DNA of 64,000 bases from the human T2T-CHM13v2.0 reference genome, Homo sapiens. Both the position numbers and the translations under genes were made by a program. This document shows, piece by piece, positions 42,996 to 57,949 of the stretch. Where the stretch lies: assembly GCF_009914755.1 (NCBI RefSeq), contig NC_060933.1. One strand, 5' to 3'. The notes below the pieces were generated by a model that was given only the letters and a program-made list of their open reading frames with translations, ran no database searches and was not told the DNA's origin. Each line of letters opens with the position of its first letter. The stretch's first letter is position 1.

Positions 42996-44094
42996 AGTCT
43001 GTTCTCACACTGCTAATAGAAAACATGTACATTAACATATTATAGATTACCTGTAGCCATGGGATTTACGATTTCCTTTCCAGAGAGTTATAGGACTATC
43101 TTACATAGTCTTTTTATTGAAATAATGTAAGCTTTTCATTTAGTTAGAAAATTCTAATTCTATATTGTTTATAAACTAGTAAAATAGTAATCAAAACATT
43201 CTCAAAATCAATTGTTATGAAAAGAAAAGATACATATTTGAAGTTTGTTCTTTGTAAAATTATTTCTTGAATTTTTTATGTGAAAGGTGCTAATTATTAT
43301 AAATTATAAAAAAGAATTAAAAAACACTATATATATAAATATCAAATGCATGTAATATGCATATACATATATATACATGTGTTTGCTTTATTAAACAAAT
43401 GTGATATTATACTATGACAGATTTACATATTTGTATATCTGTTAGAAAAACACTGGGAAAACATATGGCAAATTTAAATAAAAATTACCTATAGATAACA
43501 GAAATTTTAGTACTTCATTTTTTAAAAAATTCTGAAATTAACATGAATTACTTCTGAAATCAGAAAAATGACATTAGAAATTATACAAAAATATGTAACA
43601 TGTATTTGCCCTTAAAAGAGTTTGTGAGCCCTTTCTATACTGTCATTGAAGCAGCCAATCAGATAAGTTAGGTTTTATACTAGATCTACTTTGTGTTTAA
43701 GAGGTGTTTTGACTAAAAATCCAATATGCAGAACCATGATTTGATGTTTCTATCACCATATGATGGACTATGTTTAAACAATGCAAATTATAGATTCAAT
43801 TCACTGACAGCACTGATTTTTTGACCTGAAATACTTATGCCAAGAAAACATAAGTAGGAATCAAAATAAAAATTTTTTTAAAAAAAGAAATTGGGGTTTG
43901 TGGTAACAGAATGGTCTTATTTTTCTTGCATCAGTTATACAACCATCTTTATTTGCCATTTTGTAGATACTTGAAAATTGTATTTATCACAGGGCATTTT
44001 CACATTTTTAAAAAATATTTTCTGTTCCTTGTGGCCCATCCATGTGTTAAGGCTTTGACAATCCCTGGGGAGGATCCTGAGGCCTTTGTGGCTA

Positions 44095-45200
44095 CATGAA
44101 CCATAACCTACACCTTTTATCATATACAAAAATAAATCAAATAGATCATAGACCTAAATGTAAAGTCTAAGGCCATAAAACATCTAAAAAGCTTGCCACA
44201 AAGATTTCTTAGCTGTAATATAAAAAGCAAGAAACATAAAAGAGAGAAAAATGATAAATTGGACTTCACTGAAATTAAAACTAGATTTTTGAAAGGAAAT
44301 ATTAAGAAAATGAAGAGACAAACCACAGAATGGAGAAATGTTTGCAAAGCACCTGATAAAGGATTGATGGCACCAGACTACATAAAGAACCATTATATCT
44401 CAATAAGAAGAAGATACACAACACAATATAGAAAAGAGTAACTGATGTGAATAGATCCCTCAGATAAATGCACACAAAACGTAAATAACTACAAAAAATT
44501 GTTCATCATTACATCATTAGGGAAGTGAAAATTAAAATCATAACGAGATACCAATACATACCTATTGAATGGCTAAAATAACAATATTAATAATAATAAT
44601 ACCTGAAAATATCAAGTGATGACAAGGATGTGGAGCAACTAAAACTCATATACATTATTTGTAGAAATAAAAATATCATATAGCCCCTTTGGAAAACAGC
44701 TAGATAGCTTCCTATAAAGGAAAGTACATGTTTACCATATGAATCAACAATTCAGTGCCTAGGTATTTACCCGAAAGAAATGAAAGCATCTGCAATAAAT
44801 TCTCCATGCAAATATGCATAGTAGCTTTATTTATAATTGCACAAATTGAAAGCAACCCAATTATCTCTCAACTAATGAATATATAAACATATGGTGTCAT
44901 AGTCATAATATGGCATATAACTCAAAGTGGCAATAAAAGACTGAATGACTGTTAATGCAATGACATTATGGCTATCAAATGCAGTATAATAAGTGTAACA
45001 AGGCCCAGATCAGAAAGCAACATACTCTATAATTATATGACTTCAAAGGGGCCTTTTGAGGGTGATGAGAATGTTCTACATCTTGATTGTAGTGGTGGTT
45101 ATACTATTTTGAATATTTGTCCAAATTAATAAAAGTGAACACACAAAAAGATTAAATTTTACTCCATACGAATTATACCTCAATAAACCTAATTTTAAAA
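44095..45200 (+). mobile_element. L1MC/MD 3' fragment
   Basis: ORF2-like KMKRQTTEWRNV; cctaggtatttacccgaaagaaatgaaa; 3' end ttatacctcaataaa. Confidence 0.85.
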
Positions 45201-47792
45201 TACAGACTCCCAGAAAATAGATATATCACTAACTATACATGTGGTGATGATATAAATATTCAGTTTTGTTCTGTGGCTCAGTCCCACAATTTATTCTTCA
45301 ATGAAATTTAGGGTTTTTCTTTAATGTTTTCATTTTTATGTTTCTTAGAAATCAGTCCTTACTTTTTTTCCTGCCACTACACCCTAATCGACTTAATAAT
45401 AGCAACTTTCTTCAAGGGTCCTTTCTTGAGGAAATTAACTTCTTGGTGACTTAATTTCTTGGTGACCTCATGGATATGCTGAATTGGAATGAAGTCTACA
45501 GACCTTCTACTGGACATCTTTCAATTTCTCTGTGGTCATTTTTTAATCCAACTTCTCCAGCTACAAAAAGCTGATCTTCCATCAAAATTTCTGGAAAGTA
45601 CTGCTGAAAAATCCGTGCTTACTTTCACTCATTACAGCTTATATTATTTCATGTATAAAAGTAGCTTGGAAAATCCACATTATGCTAATGTGTAGGCTGT
45701 GGATGAAATTTAATATTGTCAGACACAGTATTTTATTCTGTAAGCAAAAAATTGATTTAATCAAACATTATTTATTCCACATAGAAAATCTATATAATCA
45801 TGAAGCATATTTCAGACACTTAACATTGTGGTCCCTCAAACTCATGATTTGATATTATGTGTAGCCTGTTAAAAAACACTGTCATTACATTAAAATGAAA
45901 CTCCACCGCTTCCTGTCACTTAAGTAAACAAGAGATTCCAATATATTGCAATCTAAACTAAAAACATCAGTTCTTTCTTTGATATAAAATTATGCCTAAA
46001 ATGTACATACCACGGTGAGCATTATCTCTGATATCATTAAATCAAATAAGCTTTTTACTACAAAATCAGTTATTATATATATTGAATATATATAATGTAT
46101 AAAATATAGTAATTATTATTTTTCTCATGTTATTCTGCAATTAAAAATAAAAAATAAATTTCAGCTTTCTGCTACAAAATGAAGTGATAGATTCCCATTT
46201 CTGCTTTTAGTTTGTGCATATTTTACACTGGCTTTAAATAGAACTTTCCATTTCTATTTGATGTGACATTAGGAAAGAGCAACTTGTGGGGTTATAGTAT
46301 GTAGACCATTTCTCAATTTTATCCTAGGAATAATGTGAAATAGTTATTGTTATTTCATTTACATTTTTTCTGTGCCTTTTTGAAATTTTAGACCAGTTAA
46401 AAAGTAAAATGGGTTCACTTCCTAAGCATACAGTGAAATGACATGCAATCAGGTGATTTCATTCAATTTACCTTTTAATTTGCTTTTGAATTTTAGTTCT
46501 ATTACTTAAAGGGATATATTAATAAGAAAAAAAATCCAGGGCAAATCAGTTTGTCTGTCTTTGAGCTTGGGATAGGGTACACACCGTTAGGTTGTATGGC
46601 CAGAAAGCATTGTAGGAAAAGATGATATTCAATTATTTACTACCAGCTGTTTCTGGTTCTGAAAATCCATAGTCTATCCTATAAGGTCCTCTTCAACTAG
46701 ATGTTTTCCTTAACTATTTAGAAAAAGACAACACATAGACAGACATAACTTTTTAATTGACTTAAAAATTGTGACTTTTAATTGGAGTATTTATCATAGT
46801 CCATTAAATTAGATTTAATGTAATCCTCCATATTCTTGGAAATAGGTCTATGCTTAGGCCAGATAAAAGGCTTCTAATGTTACAAATATGTCTACCTTAT
46901 AAACCAGCACCATCAAATATTAACAAATATAGACGAAATTATATATTCGAAACTAAAGGAAGAAGAAAGAAGGAAGGAAGGATACAGGAGGAAATAAATG
47001 ACTGCCTAAATGAGGACATGCAATGGCTATTTATTCAGAGCTATAGCAAAGGAGTCAGCTACCATCACTTGTATTTGGCAAAGACTCAAAGGCAGGCAGA
47101 ATGGTGGGAAAGCTTCACAGTGCAAAAAATAAAAGAGAAAGGCTTCAGGTATTTTCTGCTTGGAAGCTGTTGACATAGAGAAGCTGTAAGCAAGCTAGTT
47201 AGAAGTGGGCATTCTGTGTGATTGGTTAAGGGGAAAATGTTTGGCTTTCTCTGGTTGGTCCTATGGAAGGAGAGGGAGGGAACCTGGATTCTCACCTCCA
47301 CTTGTCTTCCAATCTTTTCTCAGTGCCTCGCATTAACTAGACTTACCTGGAAACCAGAGAGCACAGTGAGGAGCATGAGAAATATTTGTCCCTGCAGTAC
47401 AAAGCAGAGCACTGGAAGGGTGAAGGGGGAATTTAAGTACAAACAAAATAAAGGCTACACTCTGTAAATATCCGTCATTAGATATGCTAGATTGTGAATT
47501 TATATTTTAGATTTTGAATAAAATAGTCAAGTCCTAAACCAATACTCATATACAGCTGTGGTCTCCATTGACAGTCTGCATCACAGCAAATGTATGTTTG
47601 ATTCTGTATTTGAAAGCTACATTTCTGAAGGTAGGCAAGAATTGTTGATAAATTGAAATACTTTAAAGTATTAGGAGTGATTATGGATTATCATGTGTGC
47701 TATAGTTATTCATTTTTGCTCTTGCTTCCTTATATTTGCTTTGCCAAGTCTCAGAATTCTACTTCCTACTCTCTTAGTTGCACTTTCACTAG

Positions 47793-47846
47793 TGATGTTT
47801 TTAAGTCAGTTTCTACCACAGGCATCAGTAGATATCACAGGAAATG
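47793..47846 (+). pseudogene. Candidate exon (54 nt, phase 2 to 2; DVFKSVSTTGISRYHRK)
   Basis: Acceptor gcactttcactAG, donor ATG|GTCAGT, open symmetric frame. Confidence 0.35.
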
Positions 47847-48017
47847 GTCAGTTGCTTTGATTGGTTATCACGTTGCTTACAATTACTCCACCTCCTTTTC
47901 CTTATGAGACACTGAACTCCCACATATCTATCTATAATCCTTTGCTCAGAAAAATTATACTGGCCATGTTTCCAGGTTATTTCTTCTAGCATTGAACTTA
48001 AAAAAAATCCCACAATA

Positions 48018-48352
48018 TCGGGCCTGCCAGACAGTAGAGGGCAGGAGGAGGGAGAGGAGCAGAAAAAGTACCTATTGAGTACTGAGCTTAGTACCTGGGT
48101 GATGAAATAATCTGTACATCAAATGCCCATGACAAGAGTTTCCCTATATGACAAATTTGCACATGTACCCCTGAACCTAAAATAAAAGTTAAAAAAAATC
48201 CTGCAACAAAGTGTACCTCAAAAGATACTTTTGAAACTGTGGGCCAGGTGCAATCCCAACATTTTTGGAGGCTGAGGCGGGAGAATCACTTGAGCCCAGG
48301 AGTTCAAGACCAGACCTGGCAATATATCAAGACTATCTCTATTTAAAAAAAT
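48018..48352 (+). mobile_element. Short L1PA/PB 3' end (48018-48198) followed by an Alu monomer (48242-48352)
   Basis: tacctgggtgatgaaataatctgtac...gcacatgtacccctgaacctaaaataaaagtt; aaaaaaatcc on both flanks. Confidence 0.85.
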
Positions 48353-49946
48353 AAAATTTTGAAATAATAATTAGATTCCTGAGGGAAGCAAATATTATTC
48401 TCCTTGCTCCTTACTTATACCCAACCAACTTCCTGTAACATTTTTGGACACAGATTAACTCCCAGTGTCAAATGCAAGTTTGGTTACAAAATATTCATTT
48501 GCTGAGTTGTGATATAAATATGTACATACTAACACCTTATTTACAATTGAAAGATAATTTTCATGTACACATATAAAATTGTCATTTATCTTGTCTTTTC
48601 TAAAGGTGACATGTGTGGTATATGTAAAGGCACCTAATTCCACTTTTAAAGAGCAGTAACTAATTTTTTAATAATTTTGAAAAGTAAGCAACATTCTCAA
48701 TGAGGTTTGAACAGTAAAGTGTTCAATGAAATCATCTCTTCAGCCTAGGAAGTCATGGCTTCAGTCTAGACTTTTCCTTCCTTCCTTTTTCATTGTCTGA
48801 ATATCTTGCTGTCTTCATAGATGCCATGATATCTCCCATCAGCAATCTGGAAATACGGTCTACTAGATCATTTGAAGAATAATAAAAACTAACATAGAAA
48901 GTTATTACTATGTGGTAATTATATAGATTACCATTTAATCCTCACAATAATCCTAAAGTAGCTATAATTATCATACTTTTAAGACAAGAAATCTGAGACA
49001 AAGTGAAGTAATCAGCCCAAGTTTACACAGCTAATAAATAGCAGAGTTAGAATTGAAACCAAGAAAGTCTGGCTCCAAATTTGTGTTCTTAATTCATACA
49101 TTCTACCACCCCTACCAGTCAGCATTTGTAATGTCAGTTTACATGAATCAAGGTAGAAAGAAGGACGTAGACAAAATGTTGACCATCATGAAACAACAAC
49201 ATGTCCATGAAGCTACAAGATGGCTTAACAATCAATAAGTGAGTCACTGTCAGAGGCAGAGAAGCACTTGCCTTCTTCTGCTTTCTTAGAAATTTGGTCA
49301 GGGGTATGTGTACATAAATACACATATTAAGAAGGAAGCTTTCCTCAAGACAGTTCAAAGAGAAACCAGAAAACCAACAATAGCCCTTGCCAAGAAGGTC
49401 TAGTATAACCAGCCAAATCATTCATGCGATCTCCCATTGGACTACTTCGCTATTCTATTTCCTCTGTCCCACTAGAACTGACGGTTCATTTTCATCTCAT
49501 TACTTCCATTCCACCTAGGCCAATTTATTTTTGCTCTGAACTCACAGTACCAGATACAAACGTATAAATATAGCCTTCATAAACACATAATCACAACATC
49601 TAATCACCATGTAGTACTTTAACACATTCAAGTCACTTTTAAAACATTAATTTAAAATATCCATGAAGCCTATTGTGAAAGATGGTTTTATCCTCTGCTA
49701 TTAATGCCTGAACTGGATAGTGTGATGCTTCCTCTAAAAGCTTGGGGACTCCTGAATTACTTTGGATGACTAACATTCTGAAACACATAGAGATAGGATA
49801 TAACATTGCCTTCAGTTATATTTAGCCTTCTTTTGTCATTATAATTTAGCTCTTATATAAATGATTAGTCGAAGCGTAATTGCTGTTTATAGCCCTACAG
49901 CTTTTTCATGGTAACATATCTAACACCTGTCAAGAAGAGTGGCTAC

Positions 49947-50731
49947 TGTTTTGAGAGCCTCCAGCTAAGTGTGGTCTTCAGTACCGTGGTGCTAGCAGCC
50001 CTGCCCTAATGAGAAATGAAGGGGAGCTGGACCTGGATGTTTACAGTGTGCCTTTCAGAGGACACTTCTTTTACCTGGCTTACCTGGCAGACAGCCTAAA
50101 GACTCGTTGTCTGACCTGTGACCAGAAGTCCCTCACAGGGGAAATTTGTTCATTTTGGCAGATGCCTTTGTGGCTCTTTTCTGACCTCTGTCCAGTTTAT
50201 GCCTTCCTGATCGTCACTCTGGCTCTAGGAGCCTGACTTTGTGTTCTCCCTGGTATCAGGGGGAAAACCTGGGACAGCCCCTAGTTGTTCTAATGGAAGG
50301 TGCAAATTTAATTTACCACCACAGCAAGAAACAAGTTCAAAGATGTTTTACTTACAGATCCTGGGCCAGGAGAGCAGTCCTCCATCCCCAGGTGATGTGA
50401 GGCAAGAATGAAGAGTTAGGTAGAGAAAGACAGAGTAAGCACCTGCGCAACTAGCGGAATGTAAAAGGGAGTAATAGGATATGGATCCCTTTAAGTTTGC
50501 AGGCAAATGCCTGAATGGTTTAAAGGAGGTAGCAGGAAAGTGGGGAGTCCTATCTGGTAGGCAGAAGAGATGCCACTAAGTTCTTATCTCTGACCACCAG
50601 CTTAAGTCATTTGGTTGTGGTATAGAACTGGAAACTGTCTCAAAGGTGACTGAGCCTTGCTTTCGGTATGAGGAAGCTGAACTTGTATTCAAAATGGATG
50701 CCAAGGCAACAGAAAATTATAACTCACTACA
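49947..50731 (-). mobile_element. ERVL-class solo LTR (MER54/MER74 family, tentative)
   Basis: Reverse complement starts tgtagtgagttataattttctgttgccttggcatccattttgaatac. Confidence 0.6.
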
Positions 50732-51239
50732 TTCGTTTTAAAAGTATTTGGATAACTTTAAACTGGTTCAATTCATTCTTTATGAGCATTGGACCCAGTC
50801 TCTGCTCCTTCTTGCAAATTACTGTCAGCTCAAAAACGTGATGCGATCTGCAGAAGTTAAAGAGCTAAACGTTGCATTGTTTATACACTAGAGGCCTGTT
50901 TTTCTCCAACGCCATCTGAAATTATCTATGCTTTTCTTTGCAAAACATTGAATGACATAAGAGGTTTAGATAAGAACATGACCCAAAAGCCAAAGATAGC
51001 CAGAGTTTTCAAATATATGTCAAGATATTTCAGATCAGAGCAAACATGTATCAAAAACGAGTTCATTTTATTCTTTTTCTTAACTAAGAATCTGAGAATG
51101 TTTGCCTTATTGCAAGGTAGGGAAGTTTTTTTTGTTTGTTTGTTTTTGTTTGTTTTGCCATGCAGTTTTCACAAGGTTTTGAAAGTTTTTGTCAGCTGCG
51201 CTTTTTAATTTGAATGGAAAGCTTTACTTACACACTATA

Positions 51240-51271
<32 letters not shown>

Positions 51272-51290
51272 AATTTATATATATTATATA
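51240..51290. repeat. (TG)n(TA)n microsatellite
   Basis: Seen directly. Confidence 0.95.
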
Positions 51291-51312
51291 TTTTTTTTCC
51301 CTTTGTGTTTAG

Positions 51313-51622
51313 CTGCAGTCATTCAAATGTGTTTGACCACCTGGCTGTCAGGTTTTATAAGTTTATGGTGAGAGAGCTAAATCCCAATTGTTTTTGTCAC
51401 TGGTATGTCAAATGTAGAGTTATGTGGCTAGTGAGATATAGCTCCTCTGGTGAGATAAGTGCTGCTGCAGACATCTCACATGCTGTAGAGCCAAGGTTAA
51501 GAAAAAGAAAAAGATACAAATCAGCTTTATTATCAAACACAGCTCTGACGATCCAAAGGGGACAGAGGACACCATATAAACATGATGCAGCCCTGTTGTG
51601 CCATCCTTTCTGTATGAAGTGA
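51313..51622 (+). pseudogene. Candidate exon (phase 2; CSHSNVFDHLAVR..., open to TGA at 51620-51622; possible weak donor after 51351)
   Basis: Strong acceptor ttttttttccctttgtgtttAG; ~102 open codons in unique sequence, in the frame required by the upstream candidates. Confidence 0.3.
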
Positions 51623-52418
51623 GGTGCCTAATTAAGACAGTAGGCATCAGTCCAGCTGCAAAGAGGTAGTTAAGCAGAGAAAATGCACGTGGTTGCCATC
51701 CAAGTGCTTGCCCTTACTCTAAGTGTTCAAAGACAAAGTGCTGAGGCTCAATCTTTTCAGATTCCCACAAGTTCTTCCTTCATCCTCCTTTATGAGCCCA
51801 GGCCCACACAGGGCTGCTGGTAACCAAAGACTCTAGCTGCTCCTTAGAGGGTGAGCCACTGCTGCCCTGGGTCCTCAATGTCTTTATAATTAGGTTGATG
51901 CCCAAAATGTTTGAGGACAATGTCTCTCCAAATGCCTTACTTTCCAGGATGCTTGGAGAATTCTACTCCTTCCTTTTTTTTTTTTTTTTTTTTTAAATTA
52001 CATTTCTTACTATTTCCTGTCAATGGGAACAACCTCAGGTTTCCTCCTAATAAATAAAAGCCTGCCAGTGCCAGCAATTACTACAGCAGGTGACATGAAG
52101 AGCAAAGGGAAGGGCTGGTTTGATGAGGAGCTGAGCTCTTGAACATGCAAAGAAAAGTAATTCTGGCACCTTGGCAAGAGAATCTGAAGTTTTTGAAAAC
52201 AAAAATAGTGACAATGGTTCCTCTCCAGTCCAGCTAGGTCCTGCTTATTAAAGCAGAGGCATGAAGGTACACAGATATATGCATACTTACAAACACATAC
52301 AGAGACATGCAAAATCACTACCATCACCACCACCAAACAGCACCTGAGCCTTCATTCTGAATAATCAGAACAGATTTATAAAATGAAGACCAATAAATTA
52401 CTCACCCTCTATACCTCC

Positions 52419-52786
52419 TGATATGGTCTGTGTCCCTACCCAAATCTCATCTTGAGTTGTAGTTCCCATAATGGCCCCCTGTAGTGGGAAGGACCTGGTG
52501 GGAGGTAATTGAATCATGGGACTGGTTACCTCCATGCTGTTTTCATGATAGTGAGTGAGTTCTCACGAGATCTGATGGTTTTATTAGAGGCTTTTCCCCT
52601 TTGCTTGGCACTTCTCTCTCCTGCCACCCTGTGAAGAAGGAGGTATTTGCTTCCCCTTCTGCCATGATTGTAAGTTTCCTGAGGCCTCCCCAGCCCTGCA
52701 GAACTGTGAGTCAATTAAACCTCTTCCTTTATAAATTACCTAGTCTCAGACAGTTCTTCATGAGAGTATTAGAACAGACTAATACA
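52419..52786 (+). mobile_element. THE1 solo LTR
   Basis: tgatatgg...cccaaatctcatcttga...cagactaataca; TSD cctcc/cctct. Confidence 0.93.
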
Positions 52787-54441
52787 CCTCTGAATCCAAT
52801 TTAGATGTATAGTTCAAACACTACAACGCAATCCTCTATGTTTAATTATCTTTTAATCTTGCCTTGCAGAAGAATTTCCAAGCATTTTTTTAAACTGTGG
52901 TGAGATAATTTAAGGATGAAAATTAATTTGGTTTTTGCTTGGAGTTTTGACTGGCTTACAGAATTCACAGATTACCTAACATTTATAAAATATGCCTTTT
53001 GAGAGAAAACACTAGAATTGGAATGGCCTTGAAGGTGAATTAAGTACCAAAAGGCTGCTTTTGTGTAAGTGAGTGTCCTTTCACTGCCATTCACCAGAGT
53101 CTCTGCTCTTCCAAACTCCTAGTTTGCGATTTTCATTGGTTTTTTAATATTACAACTCAGGCCATTAGATATAGCCTCAGTGTTCACTATAACTGCTGAG
53201 TACATGCTATTTATCCCTGACATTGCCATAAGTCTTCATTGAGCAGCACTCTTTTCAGAAACCAAGCACTTAAATCTTCCAAGCTGTTTCAATACTTGGC
53301 ATCATTGCTAAAAATGTCAATGATGATGACAGCCGGTGTTTGTTGTAGTTAGAGCCATAACAAACACATTTCAATTGGCTATTAAAAATATACATATATC
53401 ATTGATTTTTCTAAAGCCCTGATGTCCAGCTGAGATTTTCTGCATGTGGATATTCATTTTGTTACTTTTTGAAGTCCATATTTCTTTCTCACCATGCCAT
53501 TTTAAATGGTAATGTCAGCCATAGCAGCAGAAACAAGAACAACAGCAATAATACCTACCATTTACTGTATATCTACTATGTACCAGACACTAGATACTTT
53601 TGCTTACTTCAATTGCCCATTACAACAATATCATAATCAATATTAGTATTATTTTAATAACCTCTGTCACTTATAAGGTGGAATTTTGTATATTTATTGT
53701 GACCCTTCATATGAATTAATTAATAACTTATTATTTTGTGTTAAAATTATTTTCCTGGCATCCTTCTTCCTCCTTTCACCCTTCTTTTTTTCGGAATGAG
53801 AAAGTTTTCTATAATCTCTTGTATCCATCTGCTCATTTGAAGGCTACCAATTTATTTCTACTTAGTGTTTTCCTTAATTTTAAAGATAGGTATTTAATTT
53901 TGAGAACAGTCTATAATTATCAGTATTTCTAACATCCTCCTGACCATTTTACAGAATATTTCAGATTTTATGCATTAATTACTGCCTTGGCTTCTACAGT
54001 CTTACCATAATTATTTCATTTTAGTTTCATTCTAATATTTAATATGCAACCTATATTACTTGTTTTGTAGTGAGTATTTTATTAATTTTTCTGGTCACCA
54101 TTATAACTTGTTTCCTGTACCTTCCCCTTTGTCTTTTTTTTTTTCTAAAATGCATCTTTTTTTTTGAGTTTCAATAGGCAGTAAGATTTATCAGGCTTTG
54201 TATGTCTGAAAATGGCTCTATTTGGCCTCCACTTTTCAAGGTTTATTTGCCTGTACATAAACTTGTGGTAGTTATTTTCACTTGGTGTTTTGAGACTATT
54301 TCTCATTGTCTCTTTGCCTCAATAGTGAGTGGTGAAGAAGTATACTATCAGCCCATGTTCTTCTTTTAATCCATCTTTTTGCACTAGTAACTTTTGAAAC
54401 ATTTTCTCTAATTGTGAAGCTAGTCAACTGCACTGAAATAA

Positions 54442-54805
<364 letters not shown>

Positions 54806-54929
54806 TGGAGTGCACTTTTAATCTGAAGACTCATGTGTTTCTCAGATTGTAGAAAGTTTGCAATCATCTTTTGATTCAAATATTGGTTTACTACCATTCA
54901 CACTAGTCTTATCTATTAATACCTGTTAG

Positions 54930-55156
54930 ATCAGACGTCAACAAACATTTTCTCAAAGAACGAGAGAGTGAATACTTTAGACTTTGAAGGTCATATGGTC
55001 TCTGTTAACAACTACTCAACTCTGCGATTGTACCATAAAAACAGTGATAAGCAATATATACATTGAATGGGCATAGTTGTGTTTAAATAAAAACTTATTT
55101 ATAAAAACAGGTGGCAAGCTGGATATTGGTCTCGGCAAGTAGTTTGGCAAACCTCT
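54930..55156. mobile_element. MER58A DNA transposon fossil
   Basis: caactactcaactctg...ataaaacttatttataaaaacaggtggc. Confidence 0.8.
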
Positions 55157-56296
55157 GTGTTAGATGAGTGCTTAATCACTTTTTCGATACTCCATGTCTC
55201 TCAAGTACTCTTTCAACTTATCTTAATCTTTTTGCTTTTCCAGTGCATTCTTAGTGAACCCCTCTGTATCCTCTTCCTATTTGTTAATTTTCTGTTCATC
55301 TCTACTCTGTCAAATACTTATTTCGTCTACTGTTATCTTTTAACATCTGTAATTTTACTTTATTTCAAAGTTTTCTCATAAATTTTTTTGCATATTCACT
55401 TGATCTTATTTTATTTCTATATCTTTATTTTATAGTTTCTGTTCCTTCTTAGATATTTGTCTTTTGACCATCTGCAAATACTGCTGGAGTTATTGATTTT
55501 GTTGGCTGTCTTTTCAGAATTAGTTTTCCTAACATGGCTTGAATTTTCATTTGCAGGCCAATTTGCTTTTGTTTTTCTCCCTGTGAACATAATATTGTAA
55601 CAGTTTTTTTTTTTGTTTTGTTTTGTTTTTTTTACCAATCTCCTCCTAGCTCAGGGTTACTGAATCTGAGGAGATATTGGGGTTATGGCAGATCTAGTCG
55701 CAGAAACAGAATGTAATTTAGATTCATTCCTAATATTCCCAGAGTGCAAAGGCAGGAAGCATGTCTCTGATGTCCATCCCTCACACAGTAATTTTAATTC
55801 TTCTTACCCATCAATGACTGAACCTGTGGTTGTTACTGCTTACTGCCAGAGCCCAGCTAATAACTCTATCCCTCACTCTTTTATACTTGTTTCGTTTTTT
55901 CACTGCTCATAATTTTTACCTTATACTTCAGCTCAGCTGTTGTTGCTTCATTTTATTTAATTTTTTATAGGTTATAGCAAATAAGTTTTGTAGAGCCCTA
56001 ACTCACTGTTCAATGCTGATCCCAAATTGGGTATTACTGTTAATATAAAAAGATAAAACTAAGGTTGAGAAATATCTGTACAATTTGCTCTTTGCCTCAA
56101 GTTATTAAGTGCCTGAGAAGTGATACAAACTACTTAGCTTTTGCTTTTCCAACTTGCTACAATAGTTACAGAGATAATCAAATCCTCTGTCTACTTCTTT
56201 ATTCCTTAGCAATTCATTCACTTTTCATTGGCAAGCTCATTCCAAAGAAATACTTAGCCAATTTAAAAAGGGATGCAACATACTTCTTTATTACAG

Positions 56297-56491
56297 AATA
56301 ACTAAAGGATATTTACCCTGGGATTCTTTCTAAGGCATTACAGCAATTCTAAGGCATGACATCCTCAGTGCAGCAATGGCTGGTGATGTGAAGCATAAGG
56401 CAAAAGACCTTGAGTTCCACGGATTTCAGGACAGGAAACAAAGTGGGACTGGCTGCTCTGCTTGCGGACCAATAATCTGTGGGTGTTACTA
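56297..56491 (+). pseudogene. Candidate exon (phase 2; ITKGYLPWDSF*GITAILRHDILSAAMAGDVKHKAKDLEFHGFQDRKQSGTGCSACGPIICGCY*)
   Basis: Acceptor tacttctttattacAG, higher-GC unique island, one internal stop in this frame; strand is ambiguous. Confidence 0.2.
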
Positions 56492-56492
56492 A

Positions 56493-56922
<430 letters not shown>

Positions 56923-57913
56923 TGAGGAGTTAGAGATTCCTCACAATTTTCTACAAAACATTTTAATTACATGAAGTGAAGCTTTGGAACTGTAAGGGAC
57001 TTTAACAATATTCTATGAAGTCTAGCCATCTTGTCTTATAGGTCAATAAACTGGAGTCCAGGGAGTTCAAGAAATTTACTTATAGTCACGTTGTTAGTGG
57101 CTGACCTTGAAATTGATTCTAGGATCCAGCTGCTGTTACATATTTTGAGTAAACCTGAGTTAATAAGAGGATATAACGCAATGAGTAATCTTGAGTGTAT
57201 TTAGCCATTTAATTATTTTGAGCAAGGTAGGGGATTGGAGGTTATAAATGAAGTGTATTTAGGCAAAGAAGGGATAAATGTATCTTTATCTGATCTTTTG
57301 CCTAGACTCTATCATCACAAAATGTAGCACCATTAGAATGGATAAATTTTATTTAGCCTGTATATTTTTTAAAAAGACTATTTTATAGGGAGAATTACTC
57401 TTCCAAACCTCAGAATCTTGACTTTAATTTGGGTCAGGCTGAACCATTTGTCTATTTTGAACAATTCCTCAAGGGTCATTTAAATTAATTAACATTTTAT
57501 ATGAAAAAAATCAGGAATAACTGAGAATGACTAATCCTTCACTATAAAATGACCTATGTGGTTTATTAAACCGTGAACTGAAACATAAATGTGTACCAAA
57601 AACATAACTAAAGTGTGGTTCCAGTTTTCATTGCAGTTATATCTAAAGAACTCTTAAAAGTTTCAGCCATATGAAGTTAATAGAATTCACTCTGTTCTGG
57701 TTCTATCGTGGGTAAGCAATTCTGCTATACTATTTTGCCTTATGTTTGTTAACCTCAGTGTCCAATGATGCAGTACATCCATTGCATTCTCAGCAGCATT
57801 GGTTCATGGAATGGTATAATATGCATTCATCCATTTATATATTCTACAAGTTTTTGTTGAACACCAAACACATGCCAAGCAATTTATTTACTTTTTAATG
57901 TTTTTATTCTATA

Positions 57914-57916
<3 letters not shown>

Positions 57917-57949
<33 letters not shown>

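Noticed and set aside
36333-51400. Resemblance of SCTRKDMLLRGKLFFS*MHI plus CSHSNVF...LAVR...LNPN to a GRAM domain (CALQKEILYQGKLFVSENWICFHSKVF)
   Set aside because: It needs read-through of a stop, skipping of the 47793 segment and several gaps, and I recall no intron at that position in GRAMD1/2 genes. Treated as chance unless a Pfam GRAM HMM search scores it significantly.
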